Shown piece after piece: positions 9,804-19,726 of a stretch of DNA of 64,000 nt. A program made the translations under genes and the position numbers. The stretch's first letter is position 1, and every line of letters starts with the position of its first letter. The DNA comes from a virus: positions 3,053 to 67,052 of the IMG/VR virus record IMGVR_UViG_3300038465_000068; one strand, 5' to 3'. The notes below the pieces were generated by a model that was not told the DNA's origin, did no database searches, and saw nothing but the letters and a program-made list of their open reading frames with translations.

Positions 9804-10243
9804 TGGCCTTCGCAGAAAAAACTAAGGTCTCTGTCGACCAGAGCCGGGCCGAGGTCGAAAAGACCTTGCTGCGGTACGGCGCAAAGAGTTTCGCCTATTT
9901 CACCGAGACGCGCTCCGGCGCTGGCGATGCTGGCGAACTGGCCGTCATCATGTTTGAGGCTGGAGACCGCCGCATCCGTTTCGACCTGACCATGCCGATG
10001 CCGTCCGGCAGCAAGGACCGCGACGCGCAAGTCCGCCGCCAACGGTGGCGCGCGCTGCTGCTATGCATCAAGGCGAAGCTGGAAAGCGTCGCCAGCAAGA
10101 TCGAGACTTTCGAGGAGGCTTTTCTAGCGCATGTCGTCATGCCGGACGGATCGACCGTCGGCGCGCACACCAAGAACATCATCGCCCGGTCCTATGAGGA
10201 CGGCTCGATGCAGCCACTCCTGCCAGCGCCGAGCAAGCCATGA
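9803..10243 (+). CDS. conserved phage hypothetical protein
   Basis: MAFAEKTKVSVDQSRAE...WRALLLCIKAKLE...FEEAFLAH; TGATG coupling. Confidence 0.75.
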   Translation: MAFAEKTKVSVDQSRAEVEKTLLRYGAKSFAYFTETRSGAGDAGELAVIMFEAGDRRIRFDLTMPMPSGSKDRDAQVRRQRWRALLLCIKAKLESVASKIETFEEAFLAHVVMPDGSTVGAHTKNIIARSYEDGSMQPLLPAPSKP

Positions 10244-10410
10244 ACGCGCTGGCTGGGCTTGACTTCAAGAACCCGAACAATTCCTGCCAGTCACTCCGGC
10301 TGCTGGCAGAACTTGTGCGCCAGGGTGAGGTGGTGCTGATCGAGCCGCCGCTGATGCGCGACGGCGTGCGCCACGAATACCTCACCATCAACATGGAAAA
10401 GCGGAAATAG
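10240..10410 (+). CDS. small hypothetical protein
   Basis: ATGA overlap, 56 aa, fills the gap. Confidence 0.5.
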   Translation: MNALAGLDFKNPNNSCQSLRLLAELVRQGEVVLIEPPLMRDGVRHEYLTINMEKRK

Positions 10411-10413
10411 CCG

Positions 10414-10761
10414 ATGCCCATTCGGCCGGAGAACGCAAAGCGGTATCCGAAATCATGGCGCGACATGGTCAGTCAGGCGCGCGAGCGCAGCGGAAATCGG
10501 TGCGAGTGCAAGGGGCAGTGCGGCTTTCTGCACCCAGGCGTCAGGTGCAACGCGGAAAACGGCAAGCCGCATCCCATCACCGGATCAAAGGTCGTTCTGA
10601 CGCTGGCGCACGAGCATGGCGTCCCGCTGGAGGAAACAAGCATCGACCGCATGTTCCATGCCTGCCAGCGGTGCCATCTGGTCTATGACAAGCACATACA
10701 CCGCAAAAATCGCGAGGAGACCTTGCGCAAGCGAAAAGGCAATGGGGAATTATTCGAGTGA
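10414..10761 (+). CDS. HNH-like zinc-binding phage protein
   Basis: MPIRPENAKRYP, CEC..C, VVLTLAH, CQRCH..YD. Confidence 0.75.
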   Translation: MPIRPENAKRYPKSWRDMVSQARERSGNRCECKGQCGFLHPGVRCNAENGKPHPITGSKVVLTLAHEHGVPLEETSIDRMFHACQRCHLVYDKHIHRKNREETLRKRKGNGELFE

Positions 10762-10979
10762 AGCCGCGCGCGAACTGGACAGTCATTGGCCCTGGTGAGG
10801 CTTTCGCGATCCGCAGCGATGGCGTGCGCGCCGCCTATCTTTTCCCAGATCACCCGAAACCGTATGCCGTGAAGCGCAAGGACGGGTCGTGGCTGCGGCG
10901 CTGGGCTGTCAACCAGCCCCGCCTCTATAAGACGCTGGAACTGGCGATGATCGCCGCCGACGAGAATTGGCCCCTGTAA
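10758..10979 (+). CDS. hypothetical protein
   Basis: GTGA overlap with the previous gene. Confidence 0.55.
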   Translation: MKPRANWTVIGPGEAFAIRSDGVRAAYLFPDHPKPYAVKRKDGSWLRRWAVNQPRLYKTLELAMIAADENWPL

Positions 10980-10994
10980 TTTATTTTCAGGCCC

Positions 10995-11180
10995 GTGGTG
11001 AAGCGTGGATGGCTGGAGGTGGCGCAACCCAAGGCGCGTGAGCCGAAGGCAAAGCCGGACATCAAAGCCATCCGTCACCAGCGCGTGCTGGCGGCGATCA
11101 AGCGGTGGGAGACAAAGATGAAGCGGGCCGAGACCGCGCTGCGCAAACTGCGTCGTCAGAAGGCGCGCTATGAAAAGTGA
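10995..11180 (+). CDS. small basic hypothetical protein
   Basis: Last ORF before the terminator. Confidence 0.45.
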   Translation: MVKRGWLEVAQPKAREPKAKPDIKAIRHQRVLAAIKRWETKMKRAETALRKLRRQKARYEK

Positions 11181-11186
11181 GACCTG

Positions 11187-11219
11187 CCCCCGCCGGGAAA
11201 CTGGCGGGGGTTTTTCTTT
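11187..11219 (+). terminator. rho-independent terminator at the convergence of the rightward operon and the late operon
   Basis: CCCCCGCCG-GGAAAC-TGGCGGGGG-TTTTTCTTT. Confidence 0.85.
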
Positions 11220-11379
11220 ACCCGACCAGCACTAGGTCGACGGTGGCGATCAGCGCGATGCTGGTCAGCGCCACGGCGGCTGCGCGGCGGACCCAGAGCG
11301 GCAGCGGCAGAAGCCATACAACAGCCAGCGCCAGAGCGCAGATCACGGTGACTAGGATCACTTTGGCCAAGGTGTGCAT
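11218..11379 (-). CDS. small two-TM membrane protein (not in ORF track)
   Basis: MHTLAKVILVTVICALALAVVWLLPLPLWVRRAAAVALTSIALIATVDLVLVG. Confidence 0.55.
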   Translation of the reverse strand: MHTLAKVILVTVICALALAVVWLLPLPLWVRRAAAVALTSIALIATVDLVLVG

Positions 11380-11404
11380 GTTGGAATAATGGCCGTGCGC
11401 CGTG

Positions 11405-11812
11405 TTAGTTCCCGTCCGGGGATTTGTTGATCTGGCGGGACAGGGCCCGGATGCAGTCTTTTGCCTCGTCTAGTGATTCTTGCGCGATGTCAGAATGTGG
11501 GCTGCTTCTCACGTCGGCCGAGGCCGTCAACCGATCCTTCTGGCAGGCCCTAAGCTGGATTTGCAGAACAGTGACGCTTTCTGCGTTGAGTACGGTAAGC
11601 ATCGAATCGGCCCGCTTGTTGATGCGTTCATGGGCGGCATCATCATCGGCCTGCACCTTTTCGACTCGGCTGATGTTGGCGAGAGGCGGCGCATCGGACC
11701 CAGTCAGGGCGTAAACACCCGTTCCTGCGGCAAGAATTGCGCTGACAGCCAAACCATAAGCACCCCAACGCAGCAACGGATTGCGCGGAAGTTCGCTCGG
11801 AATATCCGACAT
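11405..11812 (-). CDS. single-TM protein, possible lysis regulator
   Basis: N-terminal TM then helical soluble domain with two Cys. Confidence 0.55.
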   Translation of the reverse strand: MSDIPSELPRNPLLRWGAYGLAVSAILAAGTGVYALTGSDAPPLANISRVEKVQADDDAAHERINKRADSMLTVLNAESVTVLQIQLRACQKDRLTASADVRSSPHSDIAQESLDEAKDCIRALSRQINKSPDGN

Positions 11813-11887
11813 CGCCGTCTCACAGCCCCATAACCCTGTCGCCAATCTGCCGAAAGCGGCCATCTGGCGCAAGAAGGCTGAACTGTC

Positions 11888-12178
11888 CTACTTCGGTACG
11901 GTGCCGCACCCGGTCAGCGCCGCCTCAACCACCGGGGTCCATCCGATATAGGCGAGAAGCTGTTCGGTGACGATCTTGACCTTGTCATCGAAGTTGATCG
12001 CAGCGGCGGTCGCGGCGGCGAGATCATCTTTGGTCATCAGCTTCGGGCGCGACGGCAGCTTCGGAGAGCACGGCGTTGCCACGGCTACATACGCCGTCTT
12101 GGTGACGATCTGTGGCTGGACATCACGGCTCGCGCAGGATGCCAGCAGCAGGCAGGTGGCGATGATGGCAATTCTCAT
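11888..12178 (-). CDS. o-spanin (Rz1-like lipoprotein)
   Basis: Lipobox LLASC, Pro-rich, overlaps the i-spanin end. Confidence 0.8.
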   Translation of the reverse strand: MRIAIIATCLLLASCASRDVQPQIVTKTAYVAVATPCSPKLPSRPKLMTKDDLAAATAAAINFDDKVKIVTEQLLAYIGWTPVVEAALTGCGTVPK

Positions 12179-12579
12179 TGGAAAGCCCTTTTGATGATGC
12201 TGTCGGCAACAGCGCATTTTTCATCGCCAGTTTTCATCTTGCTGACGGCGGCGATGTTGTCAGCGATGGACTTCTGCCCATTGGCGGCTTGATCGACAAG
12301 GCCCTGCGCCGCGCCGGTCAGCTTCTTTGTAGCATCGCCAAGCGCGTTGACCGAGGCGTTGCACTGGTTGAGGCCGCTGTTGAGGGACGCCACGCTGGAT
12401 CGCAGCGGAGCCATGTTGCGCTCGTCGGCGAGGTACAGCGGCTTGTAGCCGTCGATGGCATACCAGCCGAAGAAGGATACGCCGTTGATCCTCACAGTCT
12501 GGACACCGGCCGCGACGGCGAACAGCACCATCAGCACCGCGAAGGCGATGGCAAGAACCTTATCTGCAATCCCGAACAT
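12175..12579 (-). CDS. i-spanin (Rz-like)
   Basis: N-terminal TM plus coiled coil; lysis context. Confidence 0.75.
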   Translation of the reverse strand: MFGIADKVLAIAFAVLMVLFAVAAGVQTVRINGVSFFGWYAIDGYKPLYLADERNMAPLRSSVASLNSGLNQCNASVNALGDATKKLTGAAQGLVDQAANGQKSIADNIAAVSKMKTGDEKCAVADSIIKRAFQ

Positions 12580-12588
12580 GGTGTCCCC

Positions 12589-12834
12589 TTACGGCGCGTC
12601 CGCGCCCAGCTTGGATTTGATGCCGATGCCGCCAGCCACCGTTCCGATGATGGCGGCGGCCCCGGTGGCGAACCCGATATAGTCGAAAACGCCGTGGCTG
12701 ATGACGTGATAGGCGGACAGGCCGAGATAGCTGCCGAACCCACCAGCGCCGAATACGCGCACCGGACAATAGACCGAGTTGTTGGAATCCTCGGTCATCA
12801 GGTCACGCCAGAATTTCCCCAGCCCGGCAAGCAC
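12589..12834 (-). CDS. putative holin
   Basis: 81 aa, two hydrophobic segments, between endolysin and spanins. Confidence 0.6.
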   Translation of the reverse strand: MLAGLGKFWRDLMTEDSNNSVYCPVRVFGAGGFGSYLGLSAYHVISHGVFDYIGFATGAAAIIGTVAGGIGIKSKLGADAP

Positions 12835-12837
12835 AGC

Positions 12838-12972
12838 TTACAGAACCCACTTCACCACAGCGCCAGCGACGAACGACAGGCCGCAGGCGATAAAGGGGTG
12901 CAAGGCGACGAACGAGCGCACGATGCCCCATTCGGCCGTGATGCGGGTTTCGAGATTTGACAGCGATGCCAT
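12838..12972 (-). CDS. small single-TM protein
   Basis: MASLSNLETRITAEWGIVRSFVALHPFIACGLSFVAGAVVKWVL; GAGGAG RBS. Confidence 0.55.
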   Translation of the reverse strand: MASLSNLETRITAEWGIVRSFVALHPFIACGLSFVAGAVVKWVL

Positions 12973-12982
12973 GACTTTCTCC

Positions 12983-13627
12983 TCAGGTGAAAATGGTCGC
13001 GGCGCGCAGCCGCAGGGTTTTACGGTCGGCGAGCCCGTCCATTGCTGGCCCGTTGATCTTGCGAGTGACCCAAGCCACGTCATCGGCATCGGCCCCGTCG
13101 TTGCAGCCCAGCGAGTTCCAGAAGGCTATAGCGAGTCGCACCGCGCTGTCAGGTGCGGCGGCAAGGTCCGGGCGCGTGAAAATGTCCATCCCGGTAAGGG
13201 TGGCATAGTGGGTGTAATTCCACCGGCCGGTGATCTGGATAAGGCCGCGACCACGGTAAAGCCAGCCATTGCCGTTGCCTTCCGCGCCATTGCCGAGCGG
13301 ATCATGCGTCACCCCCGCCGTGTCGACATAGGAGGCATAAGCCGCGTTGGCCAGCGCCTCCGGGTTGTTGACGAGGCTGTCGGCCCGGCTGGCCAGACGT
13401 GGCCATGCCGCAGCGATGGCGCTGGCATGGCTGTAATTCAGGTTCTCGATCAGGCGGCGAAAGAAGCCGCTTTCGTAACAAATCTGCGCGAGGAAGTGCC
13501 AGCACCGCAGCGGCGTGTTGATGCTGCTGTTGAGGAGGAAGCTGTTGAGCGGGTTTGCAATTCCGGTCATCACCGTGCGGTCGCCTTCCAGCGCCAGCGC
13601 GGTCAGGCGGTCGTATGTGATCTGCAT
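12983..13627 (-). CDS. endolysin, glycoside hydrolase family 19
   Basis: HFLAQICYES, ENLNY, YRGRGLIQITGRWNY, TRKING. Confidence 0.92.
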   Translation of the reverse strand: MQITYDRLTALALEGDRTVMTGIANPLNSFLLNSSINTPLRCWHFLAQICYESGFFRRLIENLNYSHASAIAAAWPRLASRADSLVNNPEALANAAYASYVDTAGVTHDPLGNGAEGNGNGWLYRGRGLIQITGRWNYTHYATLTGMDIFTRPDLAAAPDSAVRLAIAFWNSLGCNDGADADDVAWVTRKINGPAMDGLADRKTLRLRAATIFT

Positions 13628-13631
13628 GCCC

Positions 13632-14039
13632 CTACCCCCAGACGATAGCGTCCAACCCCGCAGCATCAGAAGCAGAGTCCACGGCAGAGAGCAAGCCTGC
13701 ATACTTTGACAGGGTGAAGGCCCGAAATGCCATCCAGTCATCGACGGCCGTATCCACCATCGCGGCCTGCAATGTCGCCCGGCAGGCTTGCTCCAGCGCG
13801 CCACGCTTTTTCTCTTTGGCCGCCACAGGATCAAACGGCGTCGGCGGCTTGATTATCAGCCTTTTTGTGACGGGATGGATGGCGTGCCTTTCTGGATGCG
13901 GGGCTGGATGCTGGTCGGTGATGTCCACATAGTCGTGGTCCGGGAAAGCCTGATGCTGCCGATCCGCGTCGATCTCTCGGCACGTTACGATCTGGCGGAT
14001 AATGCCGGTGTCTTTGTGGAATACTGCAACCTTCATCAT
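13632..14039 (-). CDS. tail fibre assembly/chaperone-like protein
   Basis: Follows the tail tip gene; C-terminal LDAIVW typical of such chaperones. Confidence 0.5.
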   Translation of the reverse strand: MMKVAVFHKDTGIIRQIVTCREIDADRQHQAFPDHDYVDITDQHPAPHPERHAIHPVTKRLIIKPPTPFDPVAAKEKKRGALEQACRATLQAAMVDTAVDDWMAFRAFTLSKYAGLLSAVDSASDAAGLDAIVWG

Positions 14040-14043
14040 CCGA

Positions 14044-17000
14044 TCACCTCAACAGTTCCGTCACGCGCAAAGTGTTGGAGTTCGTAGTGACGGTAGCACC
14101 GATCATCTTGCCTTGTAGCGCATAGACATGACTGCCAGCGGACACGCCTGTATCAAGGCCGCCGCCAGACATATTGATCGCCAAAGGCACAGAACTTCCG
14201 CCGCCACCCTCCATCGGGAACAAGACGTTTCCGTCGCGCGTGACCTGATAGTTGACTTCCGGCCCGGTGCCGCTGCCGCTCCATGTCGCGAAACTGTAGA
14301 AGTCCACCATGACGTCGCCGCCGCTGGTCGTGACCGTGATAGTCGCGATGTTAGCGAACGAGGTGGTAAGCGTCGTCGTGCTGCCCTGCACCTCGTTAGG
14401 GACCGTGATGCTGTTGGCGACGATATGGCCGGTGACGATGATGTTGTTGACGATGATGTTTCCGGCATTGACCGCGCCAACAGCGATAGCACCGGCAATG
14501 ATGGCGTTGGCGGCGATCAGGCCAGAGGTCAGCGTAGCGGCGGCGATGTTCGTGCCGAGAATGGTCGCCGCTGCGATCTGTGTTGCGGTGATAGTCGCCG
14601 CTGCGATGTTTCCAGCAAGGATGGTGCCAGCGACGATATTGCCGCCAGTGATGGTCGCGGACGCGATCTGTGTGCCGGTGATGGTGGAGGAGGCGATATT
14701 TCCGGCAACGATGGTGCCCGCCGCGATGGCGGCAGAGTCAACCGCACCGGCCGACAGCAGCGGCGTGGTGATGCTGCTGTTGCTGATCTGTGTGGTGACG
14801 ATCTGCCCGGTAAGCTGGGCGGCCGTGATGGACGCGATCTGCGCAGCGGTTAGCTGTCCCGTGACCTTGGCTGCGGCGATGGCGGAAAGCTGGGCGTCGG
14901 TCAGTTGCCCAGTGATGGCGACAGCCGGGACTTCCAAAGACCATTGCGTGCCATCCCAGCGGTACAGAACGCCCGTGGTGGTGAGCACCACGACCTGCCC
15001 GACATAAGCGCCAGAACTGGGCAGGGACGAATACTGAAAGATCGGGGCGATGCCAGCCGCGAAGGCACCGTCATCCAGCGTACCGGGCGCGATGTCAGCG
15101 CCGGAAATATCGCCCGTCACGGTCGACTGTGCCGATGCAGCGGCGGCGGAATAGACGCCGCTGCTGTTGAGGGCTTTGACGAGGAAATAGAATGTCCCGG
15201 CCGGGACTTTGTTGGTGGTATAGGCACCAGCAAAGCCGCCGCTGCCATTGGGGATCGCCGCCGCCTGCCCAATCACCGTCGCGCCGCTCCAGCTATTGCT
15301 GGCGTTATAGCGGTACTCGTAACAGACAAGGTCGGTGTCGGTGATCGGCGAGCCTTGCAGGTTCACCGTCATGCCGTTCTCTGACACCGCGATGGAGGCG
15401 ATGTTGCTCGGGGCGTTGGTTTTGCCCAAGACCGTATAGCTGTCGACCTCGGCCTGCCACGGATGCACGCCGGTTATATCGGACACCGAGCCGATGGCGT
15501 TTCGCGAGCGAATGGCGACGTCATAGGAGCCGCCGATAGTGGCGTTTTCGATATATCCGATGGTCTGGTCGCCCGGCACTGTCGAGGCTGATTGCCAGTT
15601 ATTCGAGCCCGAGACCTGATAGGTGATTTCGATGAAGCCGCCATCCAGCACAAACTCGTCGACCGGCGACTCCCACGAGACCTCGATGCGCGAGACGAGC
15701 GTGCCATCCGGCTGCTGGACAATCAGCGATCCGCCAGACTGGAGAGTCAGGCTTGACGGCGGTGCGACCACGAACGGGTTAGGCAGGTTCGTGTTGCTCT
15801 GGCGCTTTGCGGCCGCTTCCTCGGCAGCGGTGTAGGCATAGACGGCTGGATCGGTCTGGCGCGCGGTGATGTCGACGTCGAGGGTCTGGTTTTCCTTCTG
15901 GTTGTTGATGCTGAATTGCCACGACTGGACCTCGAAGGATTCCCCAACCCAGCCCCACATGGCATTGTTGACGAGGATGGTGTCGGGCGAGCCGACCTGA
16001 AACGCCGTCAGCTTTAGCGCCATGGACAGCGTCAGTTCGCGCCGGATGCGCTCCAGTTCAATCTTGGCGAGGCGCTGCGCCATCGACGAGGAATTGGTGA
16101 ACGCCAGCGTGAGATCGCGCCAGACCACCTCAAACTGGTCTTGCTCGATGTAGGTCGTGTTTTGAAGCTGCGGATAGTCGGTCGGCTGGCCGCGATTGAA
16201 GGGATCAACAAACGTACCCTTCACCGAGTTGAAGGAGGCGTCGCCGCTTTGCAGCGCCACCACCTTGATCGGGCCGCGCAGGTCGCCCTCGTCCAGCGTG
16301 ACGGTGGGGGTGAGATACTGGGCCGGGTAGACATTGAGCAAGATGCCGGACGGCACCAGATAGCCGCCCATGCTGGTGAGCATTTTCTGGATGACGGACT
16401 GGCGCGATTCCGAGGTGTCGACCACGCCGTTGCAGGTGTAGCGAGGCTCGGCCTCAACGGCGACAAAGCTATTGCCGCTGCCATTATTGCTGAAGCCGAC
16501 CGCATTGTGTTCGCGCGCATTCTCCAGCGTGGTGGCGACTTTTATCACGGTGTCAGAAATAAAGATGGCGTAATAGCTGACACCGGCCGACAGCCCCAAA
16601 GGCAGCGCGCCGCCGCTGTTGGACAGCGTCACCTCGGTGCCCGTCGTGATGCGAAGGGCATTGTTGTAGACGTTAAGCTGGCTCGTGGTGAAGTCAGGCG
16701 TCAGCCCTTCCACGATGGTCATGGTCACGATGCCGGTTCCGGCGCTGCCGATAGTGATGCACGCGGGCGGCTGCTTGGCGGCGTCAACCGACGATAGCGA
16801 CAGGCCGCCGGTCGGGCCGCCACCGATCTGCGCCCAGAAGTACGGGAAATTTGCCGTCATGCCAGACGGCATCGTCCCCGTGGTGGTGAACATGACCTGA
16901 CAGAGGGCGGGCACCGCGCCCGCCGCCTGATTTTCGACATAAGTGATCTGGCTGTCGGCCGGGTTGACGGTGCAGGTGGTGCTGGGAATGACGCGCGGCG

Positions 17001-18057
17001 AGATTTCGTCGCAGAGGTTCGCGCCAGCTACCATCAGGCCGAGGTCGACCTCGGTGTCGAAAACCACGCCCATGCCGTGAACCGGCTCGACCAGATAGTC
17101 GTTCGCCACGAGGACTGAATTGTCCGACCACGTCATCTTGGTCACGGTGCCGCCGGAGCCGCCGACCGCCAGCGTCAGAATGTTGTGGCCGATGTCGTAA
17201 AGCTGGAACGTGTCCGTGCCGACGTTGGCGACCTCATATTCCTGCGCCACGGTGTTCTGCTGCGCCTGCGGCCAGAACGGCTGCGGCTTGGCAGGCTTCG
17301 CGCCAGAATGGTCCCTGATGAACACCATATCGCCAGCCACCAGAGGGTGAGGCGCATAGGTGGTGAACGTGCCGTCCGTCGTGCTGCCTGAGATCAGAAT
17401 GGCATTGTTGCGTGGATCGAGCACGCGGCGGCCGCTGACCACGCATGCGATGTTCGGCACGCCGGTCGATCCGAACAGATTATCGTTCCAGCCGAGTCGC
17501 ACATAGATTTTGGCGCGGCTGTATTGAAAGAAGTTCGGCCCCCACTTCGGGCTTTGCGCCTGCAATGCGGTGATAAGCCCAGCATCGCCAGCCACCGTGC
17601 CGAGGCCCATATAGGCTTGCAGATAGTTCGTGTAATTGGTCGGCGCGGTGCCGTCCGGCCAGTCGATAGGCTTTTCAGCCCAGCCCGCCGAGGTGAGCGG
17701 CACATAGGTGTCGTTGACATACAGCGCGTCGATGGACTCGACCGGGTGGCCCGCCAACGTGATGACGAGGAAAAGCGATTTGTTGTCCGACGTGGTGTCG
17801 ATGAACGTCACCGCGCCGCCGACCTTCATCTGACCATAGATCAGCTTGTGGGAGGCGATGGGGTCGCGCACCGAGAAGGTGCGCTTTTGCGCTGTAGCGA
17901 TCAGCCAGTCGCCCAGCGCCATGACGCCGGATGCCGCCAAGCTGCCAATGGCCGCCGCCGCCGGGAGGCCGATGAATGGCGTCAGCACGAGGGTGACGAC
18001 AATATCGACCGCCACCGCCGCGACGGTTACGCCAATTTGCTCGACCGCCTTACTCAT
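14044..18057 (-). CDS. tail tip/host-specificity protein (lambda J-like) with inserted domains and repeat stalk
   Basis: LIYGQMKVGG, RYTCNGVVD, NSVKGTF, DLTLAFTNS..MAQRLAKI; Fn3-like segments; 10-aa repeats. Confidence 0.85.
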   Translation of the reverse strand: MSKAVEQIGVTVAAVAVDIVVTLVLTPFIGLPAAAAIGSLAASGVMALGDWLIATAQKRTFSVRDPIASHKLIYGQMKVGGAVTFIDTTSDNKSLFLVITLAGHPVESIDALYVNDTYVPLTSAGWAEKPIDWPDGTAPTNYTNYLQAYMGLGTVAGDAGLITALQAQSPKWGPNFFQYSRAKIYVRLGWNDNLFGSTGVPNIACVVSGRRVLDPRNNAILISGSTTDGTFTTYAPHPLVAGDMVFIRDHSGAKPAKPQPFWPQAQQNTVAQEYEVANVGTDTFQLYDIGHNILTLAVGGSGGTVTKMTWSDNSVLVANDYLVEPVHGMGVVFDTEVDLGLMVAGANLCDEISPRVIPSTTCTVNPADSQITYVENQAAGAVPALCQVMFTTTGTMPSGMTANFPYFWAQIGGGPTGGLSLSSVDAAKQPPACITIGSAGTGIVTMTIVEGLTPDFTTSQLNVYNNALRITTGTEVTLSNSGGALPLGLSAGVSYYAIFISDTVIKVATTLENAREHNAVGFSNNGSGNSFVAVEAEPRYTCNGVVDTSESRQSVIQKMLTSMGGYLVPSGILLNVYPAQYLTPTVTLDEGDLRGPIKVVALQSGDASFNSVKGTFVDPFNRGQPTDYPQLQNTTYIEQDQFEVVWRDLTLAFTNSSSMAQRLAKIELERIRRELTLSMALKLTAFQVGSPDTILVNNAMWGWVGESFEVQSWQFSINNQKENQTLDVDITARQTDPAVYAYTAAEEAAAKRQSNTNLPNPFVVAPPSSLTLQSGGSLIVQQPDGTLVSRIEVSWESPVDEFVLDGGFIEITYQVSGSNNWQSASTVPGDQTIGYIENATIGGSYDVAIRSRNAIGSVSDITGVHPWQAEVDSYTVLGKTNAPSNIASIAVSENGMTVNLQGSPITDTDLVCYEYRYNASNSWSGATVIGQAAAIPNGSGGFAGAYTTNKVPAGTFYFLVKALNSSGVYSAAAASAQSTVTGDISGADIAPGTLDDGAFAAGIAPIFQYSSLPSSGAYVGQVVVLTTTGVLYRWDGTQWSLEVPAVAITGQLTDAQLSAIAAAKVTGQLTAAQIASITAAQLTGQIVTTQISNSSITTPLLSAGAVDSAAIAAGTIVAGNIASSTITGTQIASATITGGNIVAGTILAGNIAAATITATQIAAATILGTNIAAATLTSGLIAANAIIAGAIAVGAVNAGNIIVNNIIVTGHIVANSITVPNEVQGSTTTLTTSFANIATITVTTSGGDVMVDFYSFATWSGSGTGPEVNYQVTRDGNVLFPMEGGGGSSVPLAINMSGGGLDTGVSAGSHVYALQGKMIGATVTTNSNTLRVTELLR
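14440..14930 (-). repeat. coding 9-10 aa repeats (IAAATITATQ-like)
   Basis: IAAGTIVAGN IASSTITGTQ IASATITGGN IVAGTILAGN IAAATITATQ... Confidence 0.8.
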
Positions 18058-18537
18058 TTAGTCGCGCGCCGCCTTGATGCGCCAGCCGCAAAGGACGTTC
18101 GCGGGCAAGCCCGGCGTCTCGATGGTGCTAACCCCAATAAGCCCCTTGTCGCCGACGAACAGCGAGATTGTCCCGGCGCAGATGCCGACCGTGGCCTCCA
18201 GCCCGTGATCGCCACCCAGAACCGCCGGGCTACCGAGCACCACGTCACCGCGCTGGAGGCGCAGGACATTGTCGACCTTCTGCCAGCCGTGGGCTTCGGC
18301 GATCTTGTCCATGGTCGCGATCAGGCCAGCCCCGGCGTAATTGCGCAGCGCCAGCGCCGCCGTGGATGCGCTGTTGTACCGCTCGCGGAAGGCGGCCGCC
18401 GGATCGGTGCCCGTCATCGCCACCACGCAATCGGCTGCGAACATGCAGCAGTCGAAGCTGCCCCACGCAAACGGCTGGTGGCGGACGCTCTGGAGATAGG
18501 TGGCCATCAGGACTGGCCAATGTTCCTTTTTTTTCAT
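18058..18537 (-). CDS. NlpC/P60-like tail tip protein
   Basis: PFAWGSFDCCMFAADCV..MTG, RGDVV. Confidence 0.85.
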   Translation of the reverse strand: MKKKEHWPVLMATYLQSVRHQPFAWGSFDCCMFAADCVVAMTGTDPAAAFRERYNSASTAALALRNYAGAGLIATMDKIAEAHGWQKVDNVLRLQRGDVVLGSPAVLGGDHGLEATVGICAGTISLFVGDKGLIGVSTIETPGLPANVLCGWRIKAARD

Positions 18538-18541
18538 GCCC

Positions 18542-19099
18542 CTACCCGTGCCAGTTGATCGAGGCGTCTTGGATGGTGTCGACGAACGAGAAGCCGCCGT
18601 CACCGGGATGCTCAAGGCGCTGGTCGAGATCGGTATACCGGCGGGCGCGCGGGAAGCGCATGGCGACGAGGCGGCTTTCGGCCGTCACCGTGATGGTCGC
18701 GGTCTTTCCGGTTTGTGTGATGTCTGCGGTGTCGACGCGCCCGTTGAGGAACTGATACGGGGCGTTAATCAGGTTGAAGTTTTCGTCGATGGCACCGATC
18801 CACAGCCGCGCTGGCAGATACCGCTCCAAATCCTCCAGCGCCGCAGCGACGAGCGCGATGTCGACGCCGGACAGCGACAGCGCGCAGCCGGTGGCCATCA
18901 CCTTGTTCTGTTCGGTGACGGAGCCGATCTCGACGAGATTGCCGCCGCCGATCCAGACTTGGCCATTCCACGAGAAATTCCCGTAGCCATTCCACATATA
19001 GATATTGCCCGCTGCGGTGTCGATTTCGCAAAAAATGACCGGGCAGATCACGGCGGCCTGCGTCGCCGCCAGCATCCCTGATGTGAGGCTATGGGCCAT
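18542..19099 (-). CDS. minor tail protein (gpL-like position)
   Basis: RRYTDLDQRLEHPGDGGFSFV...INWH; synteny. Confidence 0.75.
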   Translation of the reverse strand: MAHSLTSGMLAATQAAVICPVIFCEIDTAAGNIYMWNGYGNFSWNGQVWIGGGNLVEIGSVTEQNKVMATGCALSLSGVDIALVAAALEDLERYLPARLWIGAIDENFNLINAPYQFLNGRVDTADITQTGKTATITVTAESRLVAMRFPRARRYTDLDQRLEHPGDGGFSFVDTIQDASINWHG

Positions 19100-19725
19100 T
19101 AGAGAAATTCCGTCACGCTGAACATGATCTCGTAGGCGCTCACCTCGTTGGCATCCCAGCCGAACGCCGCGTCGAGACGAAACTGCGACATCGCGCTGTT
19201 CACGGTGATCGGCGTACCGAGCGCGGGGGAATAGCGCAGCGTCGGCCAGAAGGTCAGCGTGGCATTTCCAGCGCCATCAGAGTTGGTATCAAACAGCAGC
19301 TTGTGCATGCGCGCCGTCGAGCCGCTGCCGATCTGGAAATAGTCGCCAGCCTTGAGGATGCCGTTGATGCCGATGGCCCAGCCGGTCGTGGCCAGCGTGT
19401 TGCCGGTCTGGCCTGCGCCGCTGACGATAGGCGTGCCGCGACCGTCGCCGCGCGGTTTCTTTGCGTCGGGATCGCCCAGCAAGAAAGACCCGGCGCGGCC
19501 GTTAAGCTGCGCCATTACCGCAAGCCAGACCTCGGCCTGCTGACGGTTCATCGTCGGCATCGTGACGACGCCTTTCCACCGCTGGCCTTGCCACTGGTAT
19601 GCCTGCTGTTCAAACGAGAATGGCGACTCCGAAATCGCCACGGCGTTGTCCATTGTCCACTTGACCTTTTTGACGCCGGGCACAGTCGGCAGGGACAGCG
19701 GATATGACGGAGTGAACACGCCCAT
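19099..19725 (-). CDS. distal tail protein-like
   Basis: SESPFSFEQQ, LNGRAGSF, LKAGDYFQIG; follows the tape measure gene. Confidence 0.75.
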   Translation of the reverse strand: MGVFTPSYPLSLPTVPGVKKVKWTMDNAVAISESPFSFEQQAYQWQGQRWKGVVTMPTMNRQQAEVWLAVMAQLNGRAGSFLLGDPDAKKPRGDGRGTPIVSGAGQTGNTLATTGWAIGINGILKAGDYFQIGSGSTARMHKLLFDTNSDGAGNATLTFWPTLRYSPALGTPITVNSAMSQFRLDAAFGWDANEVSAYEIMFSVTEFL

Positions 19726-19726
19726 T

